Assembly: GCF_001194135.2 (NCBI RefSeq)
Contig: NC_068981.1
Coordinates: 71,200,369-71,240,788, forward strand
DNA length: 40,420 bases
Direction of reading: 5' to 3'
From: Octopus bimaculoides
Taxonomy: Eukaryota
Positions 1-11,824 of this stretch are shown one piece after another. Both the position numbers and the translations under genes were made by a program. Under the pieces are notes generated by a model. It was not told the DNA's origin, made no database searches, and was given only the letters and a program-made list of their open reading frames with translations. Within the stretch, counting starts at the first letter, position 1. Every line of letters starts with the position of its first letter.

Positions 1-334
1 AAGTGAAAGTATTTGTCATTACAGTATCGAAATGTGATTGTTTCAGTTAGTGGAATAGTTTCATTTTTAAAGTGAAAGTATTTGACATGAGTGTTTTTGT
101 TTCACTTTTAACACGTAATACTTAAATAGTGGAGGAGATATGATGTTGCTGTGGGCTCGAACTATGCAAGAAGTTAAAAAATTTTTTTGACTAAAACACA
201 ACCGGAACCCTAAGTAAGACATGTGTAAAATTTGAATGAAATTGGTTGTGTAGTTCTCGAGTTTTAGGGAAACACACACACACACACACACAGACAGACA
301 GACAGACACACATTCTCATTTTTATATATATAGA
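1..334 (-). mobile_element. 5' end of a Helitron (probably non-autonomous), running off the window start
   Basis: The minus strand reads A|TCTATATATATAAAAATGAGAATGTGTGTCTGTCTGTC..., a TC start after a host A, followed by a (TGTC)n/(TG)n tract. This is the typical Helitron 5' architecture. Confidence 0.7.
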
Positions 335-344
335 TGATGTGTCT

Positions 345-1730
345 TTCTAGCTGTGTGATTGAATTCTCTCTGATCTAGAAACATTCTCAAGTTTGTTTGA
401 TCTTCCATTCTGCTAAAAGCAATATGTAATTGTTATGGGAACACTGGAGTTAGAACATACAATCCGCACCTCTCTAAACTTTCGCCTTAGACCTTATTTA
501 TCAACATAAGAAACAGCTTTATAGGAAATTGCAATCTTTTAAATGTGAATGGTAAATGTAAAAGAGTTGAAGGGGAATCCAAGAATTCATTAGCATTTTT
601 CTTGCTTCATGGCCGCAAACAGTTTGCAAACACTCGAGAAAATTCTACGTAGCGCTGAGGTTGTATACCGAGAACCATTACAGTGGCCATTTCTGCAGTC
701 TAATGTACGGAGAAGCGTTACACCAGCGCCTATCTTGATTTTGCTGATGCAACTTATATATTTAGGGATTTTAAAACTTATGTAGGATAAAAAACAAATT
801 GAAATTTTTTGCCTCGTGCCTACGCCTATCGGTGTAATTCTGTTGCAAGTTTATTTCCAATTTCTTAGTTTATTTGATTAACTTAATCGTTTTTGCTGTT
901 AGGATAGTTTATGAAGACGTTCATTGTTCATTTCCATCGTGTGTTACTAGACTGGCATAAATAATTCATTGTCAAGAAATGACAAATTACGGTTAGCTCT
1001 GGAAATGACGTGTCAGTATTAACAATATTTGAAGTAATTCCTTCGCCTAGTTCTAGTAACCAGTTTGGATGGTCGTTTAGCCGATTATATGCAGCAAAAT
1101 TATTATGGTCTAAGTATATGTGAACTCTCATATTTGTCTGGATTTTCAAAACTTCATATGGAATCCAAATCGAAAACCTTTTAATGCAATCATCAATAAC
1201 TCAAAATCGATTACCATGACTCACTCCTGGAAAATTTGCTGAAAATTACCGAGGACTTACACTTTGTAGTATGCAATTGAAAACTTCGTGATGTCAGTGC
1301 CATATTGGGGTTTCGTCCCACACTAATAAGTGAATATTAAGCAGAAGACTATCAGTTACTTCATGAGGAGATATTTGGCAGGTTGATGTAGATTTCATCA
1401 GATTGAGAAATTTGAAGCAAGATTGCACTGTCCGTCCAGGTTTCAATAGTGTAGCTGCAATACTTGATGAAGGTGTAACAAGCGCAATTTGGCATCGTCT
1501 ACATACATAGGACAATAACAGGTTCAGCAGGGAAGACTTATGTGTTCCTCCCGGAGCATCGATGAATAACAGGTCACCTTGATTGTTGTCTTTATTTTTT
1601 ATTGGCTAAAAATAAAACCTCTGCTCATTTTTGAGCATATTTATGCGGTCATTTAAATAGATTTTGGTTAAAGGATCTATTTTATCTCGATTAACAGACA
1701 TATTCTTATCCACTCATTGTAAGGAATTAC
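345..1730 (-). mobile_element. Degenerate Helitron Rep/Hel, PIF1-type helicase domain (pseudogenised)
   Basis: Minus-strand translations give ordered PIF1/Helitron motifs: FIDAPGGTHKSSLLNLLL (Walker A, ~1520-1580), IALVTPSSSIAATLLKPGRTVQSCFK...LLVWDETP (ORF 1294-1515), NMRVH...WLLELGEG (ORF 928-1149) and INKV*GESLERCGL...QLHIAFSR (~400-510). Stops and frameshifts interrupt them. Confidence 0.9.
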
Positions 1731-2057
1731 GCGTCAAATATTAGCCTCGTTGTCCCTGTTTCTTATTCCTTTAGTCTCAGTTTAACCTCTTTCAGCAGGA
1801 CTTCGCTGATAATACTATGGAAAATGGTAGTCATGTTTATCAAAGTGCGTGATAGATCACAGACAGACGGAGAATCACAGCTCAGACTATATTATAGATT
1901 TTCATCATCATCATCAGCAGCAGCAGCAACAGCACCATCAGCAGTATCATTATCAACCATGATTCTACTCCCCTCCCCTTGTTACAACAATTTTTCTCAA
2001 ATTCATTATCCCCAACCTCTTCCTTTATATATATATATATAAATATATATATATATA

Positions 2058-2799
2058 NNNNNNNNNNNNNNNNNNNNNNNNNNNNNNNNNNNNNNNNNNN
2101 NNNNNNNNNNNNNNNNNNNNNNNNNNNNNNNNNNNNNNNNNNNNNNNNNNNNNNNNNNNNNNNNNNNNNNNNNNNNNNNNNNNNNNNNNNNNNNNNNNNN
2201 NNNNNNNNNNNNNNNNNNNNNNNNNNNNNNNNNNNNNNNNNNNNNNNNNNNNNNNNNNNNNNNNNNNNNNNNNNNNNNNNNNNNNNNNNNNNNNNNNNNN
2301 NNNNNNNNNNNNNNNNNNNNNNNNNNNNNNNNNNNNNNNNNNNNNNNNNNNNNNNNNNNNNNNNNNNNNNNNNNNNNNNNNNNNNNNNNNNNNNNNNNNN
2401 NNNNNNNNNNNNNNNNNNNNNNNNNNNNNNNNNNNNNNNNNNNNNNNNNNNNNNNNNNNNNNNNNNNNNNNNNNNNNNNNNNNNNNNNNNNNNNNNNNNN
2501 NNNNNNNNNNNNNNNNNNNNNNNNNNNNNNNNNNNNNNNNNNNNNNNNNNNNNNNNNNNNNNNNNNNNNNNNNNNNNNNNNNNNNNNNNNNNNNNNNNNN
2601 NNNNNNNNNNNNNNNNNNNNNNNNNNNNNNNNNNNNNNNNNNNNNNNNNNNNNNNNNNNNNNNNNNNNNNNNNNNNNNNNNNNNNNNNNNNNNNNNNNNN
2701 NNNNNNNNNNNNNNNNNNNNNNNNNNNNNNNNNNNNNNNNNNNNNNNNNNNNNNNNNNNNNNNNNNNNNNNNNNNNNNNNNNNNNNNNNNNNNNNNNNA
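2058..2799. other. Assembly gap (N run) flanked by (TA)n
   Basis: N run. Other gaps are at 3447-3456, 18230-18239, 29244-29508, 36419-36547 and 38044-38053. Confidence 1.
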
Positions 2800-3407
2800 A
2801 ATATGAGTTAGATGTTATTCAACCATCTAAGGGATAAATGTATCCGTAGACACTACTGGTGTATGACCTCAACATGTACAGTCCTAGCACCGACTGGTAT
2901 TGAAAGCGGAAACGGCCGTAAGAAATGTTATGCCATAGAAATGTTATGTTTTGTATTAAAAAATAATCTACAGATGTAGTCCCATTTGTTTGTCTGTTGA
3001 TCAAAAGTTTTCTCCTTTTTCTGATTATTTAAACTTGATTCCTAATAAACTTTTTTTTATTCTGTTGTTACCTGTACCCTAAAAACATAGTGTGCTTGCA
3101 TATCCATGCCCATGGCTAGCACAGGTAACTGATACAGATAGTAAATACAGATATCTTTATCTCTTAGCCGGTTACTACAACCGTTAACTCTGCTTATCTT
3201 TGGCATATTTATATATATATATATAACAGACATTTATTCTCCTCCATAGTTTCAAAACACTTTCTGGGCGAAATTTTGAATTAACATTCACATTTTAATA
3301 ATGATATATCTCTACTTCACTTACTGAGTTAATGTCGTTTTAGTTGTCACAGTTAATTATGAAGACCTGCATTAATATATAAAGAATGTGTGTGAGTATG
3401 TGTGTGT

Positions 3408-3409
<2 letters not shown>

Positions 3410-3445
<36 letters not shown>

Positions 3446-3455
3446 NNNNNNNNNN

Positions 3456-3498
<43 letters not shown>
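3410..3498. repeat. (AG)n microsatellite containing a 10-N gap
   Basis: Direct reading. Confidence 0.95.
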
Positions 3499-3501
<3 letters not shown>

Positions 3502-4143
3502 TTCAAGGATGATTTATTGCAAAATTGAATATTCCAGTTCGTTTCGACTATGAAATGTGCTCGAATAAATCCAAGCTTAGGTTTCTTTCAGGAAAGCGGA
3601 AATTTATATAATTTTCAATATACTTTATATACACTGAATTTATTGACAATTTCCGAAGTTACCCTTGCAATTGATAACACTTTAACCGTTCACTGAATAA
3701 ATCGTAATTCCAAGCTGCATAAACTGTTCATAGCAACTATATAACATCAACTCCGTGTGTTACAGGCTACATATAAATATTTTCAGGAAGTGGTATATAG
3801 TCATTTGAATTATTTCAACGCATGTACTTTTATCATATTCTATTGAAAGCTGAATTATTCGAAGTCAATGCTGCAATAATATGAGAGGAAAATACAGTTT
3901 TATCACGCCACGCAGTGCTTCTTCTAATGTCATTTCGGCTCAACTGGGACAGTGTCGGACAAAATGCTTTACAATACTTAGTCCTGGCCTTTCAAGATCT
4001 TGTTTCGGATATCGCCGCGAAAAGATTGGGCTTCCATTTTTCTAGGATCGATAATATACAGTAGCAGTCTAATACTGTATTATTACAGTTGACTGTACCC
4101 ATTTTCCAGATTTTAATCTCTATACCAATTGTAAGGAATCAAC

Positions 4144-4315
4144 TAGCAGAATCAATAGCGCACTGGGAAGAGTGCTTAACCACATTCCGTCCGTTCAAAT
4201 TCCACCAAGGTCGACTTTACTTTTCATCATTTTGGAGTTGATAAAATAAGTACTAGTCGATCACTTATCCACTCCACCTAAATTACTGGCCTCGTGACAA
4301 AATGTGAAATCCGTA
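4144..4315 (+). mobile_element. Degenerate SINE (same family as 20866-21060)
   Basis: gttcaaattccaccaaggtcgactttacttttcatc...gataaaataagtac aligns by eye with the reverse complement of 20866-21060 (gagttcaaattccgccgaggtcggctttgtctttcatc...gataaaataagtac). It has a B-box-like GTTCAAATTCC. Confidence 0.75.
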
Positions 4316-4659
4316 TTAGTATACTAGAGTTGATAGGCATATAGCATATTAAAGCAAGTTCCTTGCAGTATTTGGTTTCTTCTTTTTATTGTTCAAGCAT
4401 GAAATTTGTTCTTCATCTTCTGGTAGACTTTACATTTAGTACTAGTATTATTCTGAGGTCACTTCGGTCGAATAATAAACCTTAAAACTTCCTTGAAAGG
4501 TTAATATTGTGCCTGAACAAAAGATATAAATGGATTTATTTCAAAACTTGTATAAAATCTTCATTCATTCAAACGGTGCCTAAAATCATTCCTGTAAAAT
4601 TTCCTATGTAAGTTATCAAAGGCAGGAAATCAAGTGAGATGTTCTTGATATTCAGAAAC

Positions 4660-7520
4660 AATTAAGTCTATAATGGGAGGCAAGGTTCACGGTATCGGAT
4701 GAATATCGCCTTAAGGGTGTTACAAAAACACCACACGCAGGTTGATGCATTACAACTGTTTTTTCTTTTTCAAGTTGATCGTCAAGCCAATATCATCACA
4801 AGCTGAGCCAAATGCAGATACAACAGATTGCAGACCTACTTCAGTATGACTGACAAGATCACAATCGTCAGCGTATAAAAGTTCCCTAATGAGTAAAGTA
4901 AAAGCCGTTTTGAATTCCAGTCAGATCAGATTAAAAACATTCCTTGTTGGTCGATAATTTATGTAAATACCCTCTTCAGAGTTTTAGAAAGCGTGTGACA
5001 ACACAAAAGTATATTGCAAAAAGGGAAGGTGCATCAAGGTCTCCTTGCTTTACTCCATTTTCCACGGCAAAAGATTCAGAGATCCTACCGCCAAAATTAA
5101 CTCTAGCTTCATATCTTGATGCAAAGCCCTGATCATGTTTACAATTTTTCTGGCAACCTATTTTCCTTAGAATTAACCACAGAGCATTTCGATTAACAGT
5201 ATCGAATGCTTTGCTTAAATCAACAAAGCTATAGTATAGGGCAATATTGTGTTCAATGCACTTGTCTTAAAATTGTCTGATAGTAAAGATACAATCAGCT
5301 GTGCCCTTGGAGGAACGAAAACCACACTGAGACTCAGACTCTACATTTGGAACGATGAAGGTATTTAAACGTTCTAACAAAATGCGAGCAAGTACCTTTC
5401 CAACCCCAGTCAAAAGCGACATCCCACGAAGATTCCCACACAGATCCTTTGGCCCCAATTTAAACAAGGAGACTAAAATGGTATCAATCCAGTCTTGAGG
5501 CACTTTCTCAGTTCTCCAATAGTGACAAATTAATATATTTAAGAGTTCAAACATTTTGTTACCCCATATTTCAACTCTTCGCACAGATTCTATCAGACCC
5601 TGGAGACTTGTTATTCAGCTTATTCACAGCTAAATAAATGTCATTTAGAGTTGGTTCTATAACTGGAAGGTGTTCGATTTTTTCTATCAGCCTCATGTCA
5701 ACAGATGATGGTCTATTGAAAAGTGCAGAAAAATGTTCTACCCAGCGCTTATGAATGGAAGTAGTGTCAGTCAGAAGCAAACATCATTTGCTGTTCTCAC
5801 TGGAGCAATTCAAGAAGATTTAGGGCCATATACCTCTTTAACATAAGAGTTCAAACTCTTGGCATCATTTCTATCAGCTGCTTCTTGTGCCCCTTTTGCT
5901 CTCTCATTCCACCACTCCTGTTTAATTTTCCTTAGAGCAGTCTGCACTTTCCCTTTCAGCTTTCAAAAAGAAATGTATTGCCTAAGTTTTGTTTTTCTAA
6001 AAGTAGATCATGAATTTCTGCTCATTTATCTGAGAACCAGTCACTGGTCTTACGTGATTTAAATTCCACTGACAAACTTGCAGCCTGAAATACTTTTGTT
6101 TTGAAAGCTTCCCATAGATTGTTTGGGTCAAGATTGATACTTTCTATAGCATTGTGGAATCTTTGCAAGTTGCTTGATAATTTGAAGTTTGCAACATATA
6201 ACATTTTGGGTACCTTGGGGCCAAGCTGAAGATTTTTAGGCATTATCGAAAATTTTATTTTTTCCAGCACTAGACGATGGTCACTCCAGCTCTCTGTCAT
6301 GGCCCGAACGCTAGAAACGACTTTCATATCACGTTTTCTGATAAAAATATAATCTATGAGATGCCAGCGCTTAGATCTTGGGTGCATCCAGGTAGTTTTA
6401 TATCTATTTTTCTGCTTAAACAGAGTGTTGGTAACAACCAGATTATTCTCAGTACAAAACGTCAAAAGAGCTACTCCATTTCTATTACATTTTCTGATCC
6501 CATGTCGACCTAAAATTGGCCATGAAACGTAATCCTTTCCAACTCTTGCGTTGAAATCTTCTAGCTTGTTGAAATCTACCACCTTGTCAGAAATTGGTAC
6601 TTACCTCAATAATTGTACTAGATCATCATAAAACTGTCCTACAGTTTTATCAGAATGAAACATTGTTGGTGCATAAATATTGACAACAGTAAGAAACTTA
6701 CCTTTTGTCAGTTTAATACGGCATGACATGGTTCATTCAGATATACCACTTGGAAGCTCTGCAATGGAAGATACTAATGAATTCTTGAGAGCAAACCCAA
6801 CACCAGATTCTCTACGCTGAACCTTAGGTGGGCCTCTCCAAAAAATACTATATCCATAAGTAGGTTTATTTACTTCACCCTCTCTAGAGAGACGAGTTTC
6901 AGAGAGCGCAACTGTATCAAGGGAATATTTCTTGAGCTCACATGCAATAAGTGCAGTACACCTTTCTGGCCTCTTGATGAAATTATCAAGAAATGTGCGC
7001 TCATTCCAACAACCAAAATTCAAAGGATATTTATTTTTACTTCTCCTTGAAGATTGTTTGACCACAGTGGCAGGATGACGATCGGGCCCAGCCTGTGATA
7101 CACTAGAACACCTGCCGAGCCAGACCTATTCCCCTGACGTTCCCAAGACTTTTTTGCCATTTTTTAAATCTGTTTGAGACATTTTAGGGTAAGTTACAAG
7201 TGCATTTTAGGTTTCTGCCAACCAACCACTTCAATGATTTTACTATGATTTGGTGTACCGAAAGTACCTGTGCAGATGAATCATTTTCAGCGGGTGTAGC
7301 TTGCACTGCACTATCCCCACCTATTATCTCAAGAAGACTTTCGACGGTGTGACATGAAAATTGACAAAGCCAGGAACTTCCAAGGCTTCAGGTTTTATTT
7401 TGGAGATTTCCTACTCCTAGGTAGATTACCAAAAACAAGGTTAAAAAGCTTCTACCTGCCCATGAGGTAAGCTATTCCATTCCAGACACCAAACCAACAC
7501 TCAAACACTCTATAAAGTGA
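4660..7520 (-). mobile_element. RTE-clade LINE (APE endonuclease plus RT), degenerate, 3' part missing
   Basis: APE motifs are NFGCWNERT, VALSETRL, DFNARVG, TWMHPRSKRWHLIDY and SDH (ORFs 6733-7065 and 6022-6582). RT motifs are ESQCGFRSSKGTAD (ORF 5267-5584), GVKQGD..APSLF (~5010-5070) and ELLYADD (4863-4886). There are multiple frameshifts. Confidence 0.92.
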
Positions 7521-7959
7521 TCAAATATCACTCCGGTGACCGACGCGGAGTAGCTCATTCATACATAAAAAATACGATACGTGATTTGGAAATATAAATA
7601 AGAATTAAATACAAATATATATAAATATAAAAAGTAAAAGATATGCAATTTAAGACAATAATAAAGTAAGATTTAAATATAAATAATATATATATAAAAG
7701 TAAAAATATACATATATATACGTATAAGAAAAAAACGATATATACATATTTACAGATATTTTGCTGGATGGCCGTTGACTGCTCATGAGTTCCTCCGCTC
7801 TTGTATGCTACTGGTAACATGTAATCCAGTACAATATGTCGCATGGTCGGGTCGTCGGTGACTATACTGGCAATCCCACTAATTTTGCTTGGTAAGGAGG
7901 GTGTTGTTGGACACCCCGCAGGATGAAAAATAACACCTGTCAAAGGGTGGAGGATATAT

Positions 7960-8170
7960 ATATGTCTGTGTGTGTGTGTGTGTGTCTTTGTGCTTGTGTC
8001 TGTCAACCGCTTGAGAACCGCTTGACAGCGAAAGAGACCAACTGAATAAGCACTAGGCTTTAAAGAAATGTCTTAGGGTCGATTTGTTCGACTAAAACCT
8101 TTGAAGGCAGTGCTCCGACAATGCTGAAGTTAAATGGACTGACACATGTAAAAAAAAATAATAATAACTT
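7960..8170 (+). mobile_element. Probable SINE 3' fragment following a (TG)n tract
   Basis: aataagcactaggct...gggtcgatttgttcgactaaaacctttgaaggcagtgctcc resembles abundant octopus SINE tails (from recollection, not a search). It ends in an A-rich tail. Confidence 0.5.
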
Positions 8171-8826
8171 GAAATATGAAAAGTTTTTGAGATTGGAAAA
8201 GTATGAGGAGGAATTTTACGACGGTGAGATTTGACCTCAGTATGTAAAACAACGTAAATGCCACAAAGTACTCCTTCCATTGCTCGAAACGATACTGCTA
8301 GTCTACTGACTTCTGCTAAGTAATATAAATGGAATTTAAAAGTGCACTGACAAATTGATTTCTTTACAACACAACGGCCCAGACTATTGACTAGTCAGTA
8401 ATTTCTATTATCATGTCATACACATATGGCATTCTTCTCGTAAATTTTCAAGGTCTTATATAGTTTTTATTGATTTTTATGAGCATTACTTCTTAAAAGC
8501 GTGCATTCTAAATAATACATTAATCTCGGTCAGTTGTTTTGATAACACGTTTGTCGTTACTGCGAAGTGAAATATTATGTGATAATATCCACACATGTAT
8601 ATATTCTAAGTATTCATTCCCTCGTTGGTAGCCCTTCATATTAGCCTCATTCGTTCATTCGGTTATCATTGTACTTTGTGGCACTTGAGGCGACAGCAAG
8701 ATCGTTCTACCTTCTTCCTTGAAATCTTGTTCCATTGTTAACTCTCTGCTTTGAAGATCTATTGTTATTTACATTATTTATATTATTTACATTTCATGGA
8801 TATTTGTCCGCATCTTGTTTGTTGTT

Positions 8827-8872
8827 AACACAACGTTTCGGCTGATATGCCCTCCAGCCTTCATGAGGTATC
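8827..8872 (-). ncRNA. Minimal type I hammerhead ribozyme motif with mutated core (CUCAUGA)
   Basis: The minus strand reads GATAC-CTCATGA-A-GGCTG gagggcatat CAGCC-GAAAC-GTT-GTGTT. Stem I is GATAC/GTGTT, stem II is GGCTG/CAGCC, and stem III is the palindromic AACGTT. Confidence 0.65.
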
Positions 8873-8925
8873 TTGGGGAAATTTAAAACCTGGTTTCTCA
8901 TTCCTAAGGTATTTTTCAATGTTAC

Positions 8926-8926
<1 letters not shown>

Positions 8927-8976
<50 letters not shown>

Positions 8977-9030
8977 CATTGTTGTTGTTGTTGTTGTTGT
9001 TGCTGTTGTTGTTGTTGTTGCTGTTGTTGC

Positions 9031-9096
<66 letters not shown>
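8927..9096. repeat. Compound (TTA)n/(TTG)n microsatellite inside the PLE terminal repeat
   Basis: Direct reading. It produces the spurious poly-L, poly-N, poly-I and poly-V ORFs. Confidence 0.97.
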
Positions 9097-9097
<1 letters not shown>

Positions 9098-9149
9098 CAC
9101 TGCTTGGAATCGAATTCGGAATCTTGGGTAACCACTACTCCATATGCCC
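9097..9149 (-). promoter_or_regulatory. tRNA-derived Pol III head (A and B boxes, internally deleted)
   Basis: The minus strand has A-box TGGAGTAGTGG (9132-9142) and B-box-like GAATTCGATTCC (9106-9117). The anticodon-arm region present in the 11621 copy is missing. Confidence 0.7.
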
Positions 9150-11620
9150 GTGGGCAATTATGGAGTGAATTTTAGGGCTTATAAATCTAATATTTTTCTA
9201 TCCTTCCTTAATACCGATTCCCATATGCTGCTCATATTTGCACCCGGTCTGCTTAGGAGGTTGTTGTGTCCTAGCATATGTGCTGCTTCTTTTAGTTGAC
9301 GTATATTCCAGTGATGTTCTCTGTCTATTATTTTAACTTCATCCCACAGGGGGAGGTGGTTTCCATTTTTCCATATATGATCAGCTATACCCGATTTATC
9401 AACATCTCATGTCACAGCTTTGCGATGTTCGTCTACACTTATTTTGAGAGGGCGACATGTTTCGCCTTTGGATAGCCTACCACAGCTGCATAGGATGGAG
9501 TACACGCAGTCTTTGGTCATATTCTCTTCTATCGGTGGTTTTACTCGAAGGAGATATTTGCGAAGTGTTGTATCACTTTTGAATACTGTCCTGATGTCAT
9601 ATGGGCCGCATATCTTTTGTATCTTTTCGGAGAGGCCTTTCACATAGGGCAGACAGACTGTGGACAGTTTATTGGCCTCATCCTCTCTCTTCTTCATAAT
9701 TGGAGTGGATAGTATACTTTTGGGGTAGTTGTGCTTAACAGATCGTTATTGAGCTTGATCATTTCTTCGTGGTGTGCATCACGATCGCTACTTATATTCT
9801 TTGCACGATGTTTTAGGCACTGAGCAGTCCCTCTCTTTAAACTGTATGGATGGTGAGAATTGAGGTTGAGGTATCGTCCAATAAAGGTCGGCTTGCGGTA
9901 TACGGATGTCCTGAATCCATACTTGGTGCGTGTTATTAATACGTCCAGGAATGCCAGCTGATTGTCTTTTTCCTTTTCCATTGTGAACTGTATGGATGGC
10001 TTTATTGAGTTCACATGATCTAACAGCACTTGGACATCTTTCTGGTGGGGCCAGAGTATAAAGGTGTCATCAACATATCGTAGCCATTGTGTTAGTTTTA
10101 GTGGTGTTGATTCTAAAGCCAAATTCTCAAAGTATTCCATGTATATATTGGCTATTAGCGGTGATAATGGTGAACCCAGAGCTAGACCCTCTTCTTGTCG
10201 ATATATATCAGTGTCCATACTGAAGTAGGTAGTTTCTACGCAGAAGGTCAACATTTCCATCAAGTTTCTTATTGGTGTACTACTGCGTTCTTTTAGATGG
10301 GTGTCTGTCACTAGTTTTTCTTGTATCACCGATAGTGCTTCACCAGTCGGGACTTTGGTGAACAGACTTACCACATCTAGACTCACCATCTTGTTGGATT
10401 CAGTGGGGGTATCTTTGATCAATTTTGTGAAGTGGGTGTAATTCTTCACGTACGATGTTGACTTTCCTGCTAATGGACTGATTATATCTAAAAGGAAGCG
10501 GTTCAGTGGATGACATGCTGAACCTCTACAGCTCACTATAGGTCTTAATGGAATACCATCCTTGTGAATCTTAGGGAGACCGTACACGTGTGGTAGTTTA
10601 CTGTGGTGTTGAGTCAGTTGTCTGTACTTCATTAGTGTAAAGTGATCCTTGTTCTTGATCAAGATCTGTGACAACTTCCTCTCTGTTTTCAAAGTTAGAT
10701 CTTTCTTTTCTTTGCTGTAGCTACCATCACTTATAAGACTTGCCAATGTTTCAGAGTAGTCAGACTTGTTCATCACCACTGTAGCATTTCCCTTGTCCGC
10801 TGGAAGTATTATGATGGAATTGTCACTCTGTAGTCTTTTGATAACGAACTTTTCTTCCTTAGTGATGTTTGGTTTAGGAAGTTTTGCTTTTTCTAGTACC
10901 TGTCTCACTTTCCACCTTAGTTCATCTCACTGAGCTTTTGGTATCTTTATGGCTGTTTCTTAAATAGGGGCTATTATGTCCAAGTAAGGAATACGCTTGA
11001 TGGTTGTCGCAAAGTTGAGACCTTTGTTCAGTACTGCTTCTTCAGAGCTTTCTAGATGTCGGCTACTTAAATTAATTACTGCTTTCATAGGTGGGTGATG
11101 GATTTCAGTCTTCATTCTCTGTCCTTTGAGTTTCATAAACTTCTTAATCTAGCGTGTCTTTACCATTTCAAATTCTTTCATGTACGACTTTTCTAGATCT
11201 TGTTGGATTCTCTTTCTATCATCATCTCTGGTTATTTTCCTAAGTAATGAAGATAACCACTCTTTGATTTCGTTATTTAGTTGATGTTTTTTACCAACGG
11301 TTGTAATGGATCCTCTCACAGACGAGCGCATGTCCTGCCCTTTCTGCTACTCTTTTAGCTTTATGTGAATCGACTGGTGTCATTATATTCAAGCCACGTT
11401 GTATTAACTTTGAGTCTCTACATCTACATAAGAAAGTTACATGGTTTGAAAAACGAGCTAGTTTTTGATGGAGTTTCTCTATATATCTCCATTGAAGGCT
11501 AATGTCGGCTCCGTACCGACTAGATAATACAGTTCTATATTTAAGAGATGAGGAATTCTGTACATTATTTACATTATTTACATTTCACGAATATTTGTCC
11601 ACTACGCCATATGCCCTGTA

Positions 11621-11695
11621 GGCATATGGCGTAGTGGTTAAGAGCGTGGGCTACTAACCCCAATATTCCGAGTTCGATTCCAAGCAATGACCTGA
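11621..11695 (+). promoter_or_regulatory. tRNA-derived Pol III head of the PLE-associated repeat
   Basis: A-box TGGCGTAGTGG (11627-11637), ggg-CTACTAA-ccc anticodon-like loop, and B-box GAGTTCGATTCC (11670-11681), followed by (AAT)n. Confidence 0.8.
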
Positions 11696-11769
11696 ACAAT
11701 AATAATAATAATAATAATAATATCGAAAAATACCTTGGGAATGAGAACCCAGGTTCGCAATTTCCCCAA

Positions 11770-11824
11770 GATACCTGATGAAGGCTGGAAATATCAGCCG
11801 AAATATCAGCCGAAATGTTGTGTT
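11770..11824 (+). ncRNA. Minimal type I hammerhead ribozyme motif with intact CUGAUGA core
   Basis: GATAC-CTGATGA(11775-11781)-A-GGCTG...CAGCC-GAAAT(11812-11816)-GTT-GTGTT. There is a 12-nt tandem duplication (gaaatatcagcc) in the stem II region. Confidence 0.7.

Noticed and set aside
3900-4065. Short open frames in a slightly GC-richer patch
   Set aside because: The frames are about 55 aa or less with no motif or consistent splice sites.
8794-9175. Poly-L, poly-N, poly-I and poly-V ORFs, and similar CV/HT/YLSI ORFs at 67-309, 15834-16164, 31528-31810 and 36286-36665
   Set aside because: These are translations of microsatellites or N-gaps, not genes.
11621-11695. Possible genuine tRNA gene
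   Set aside because: The anticodon stem has only 3 bp and no convincing acceptor stem was found. It is embedded in a repeat with a microsatellite and tail, so it is a SINE-type head.
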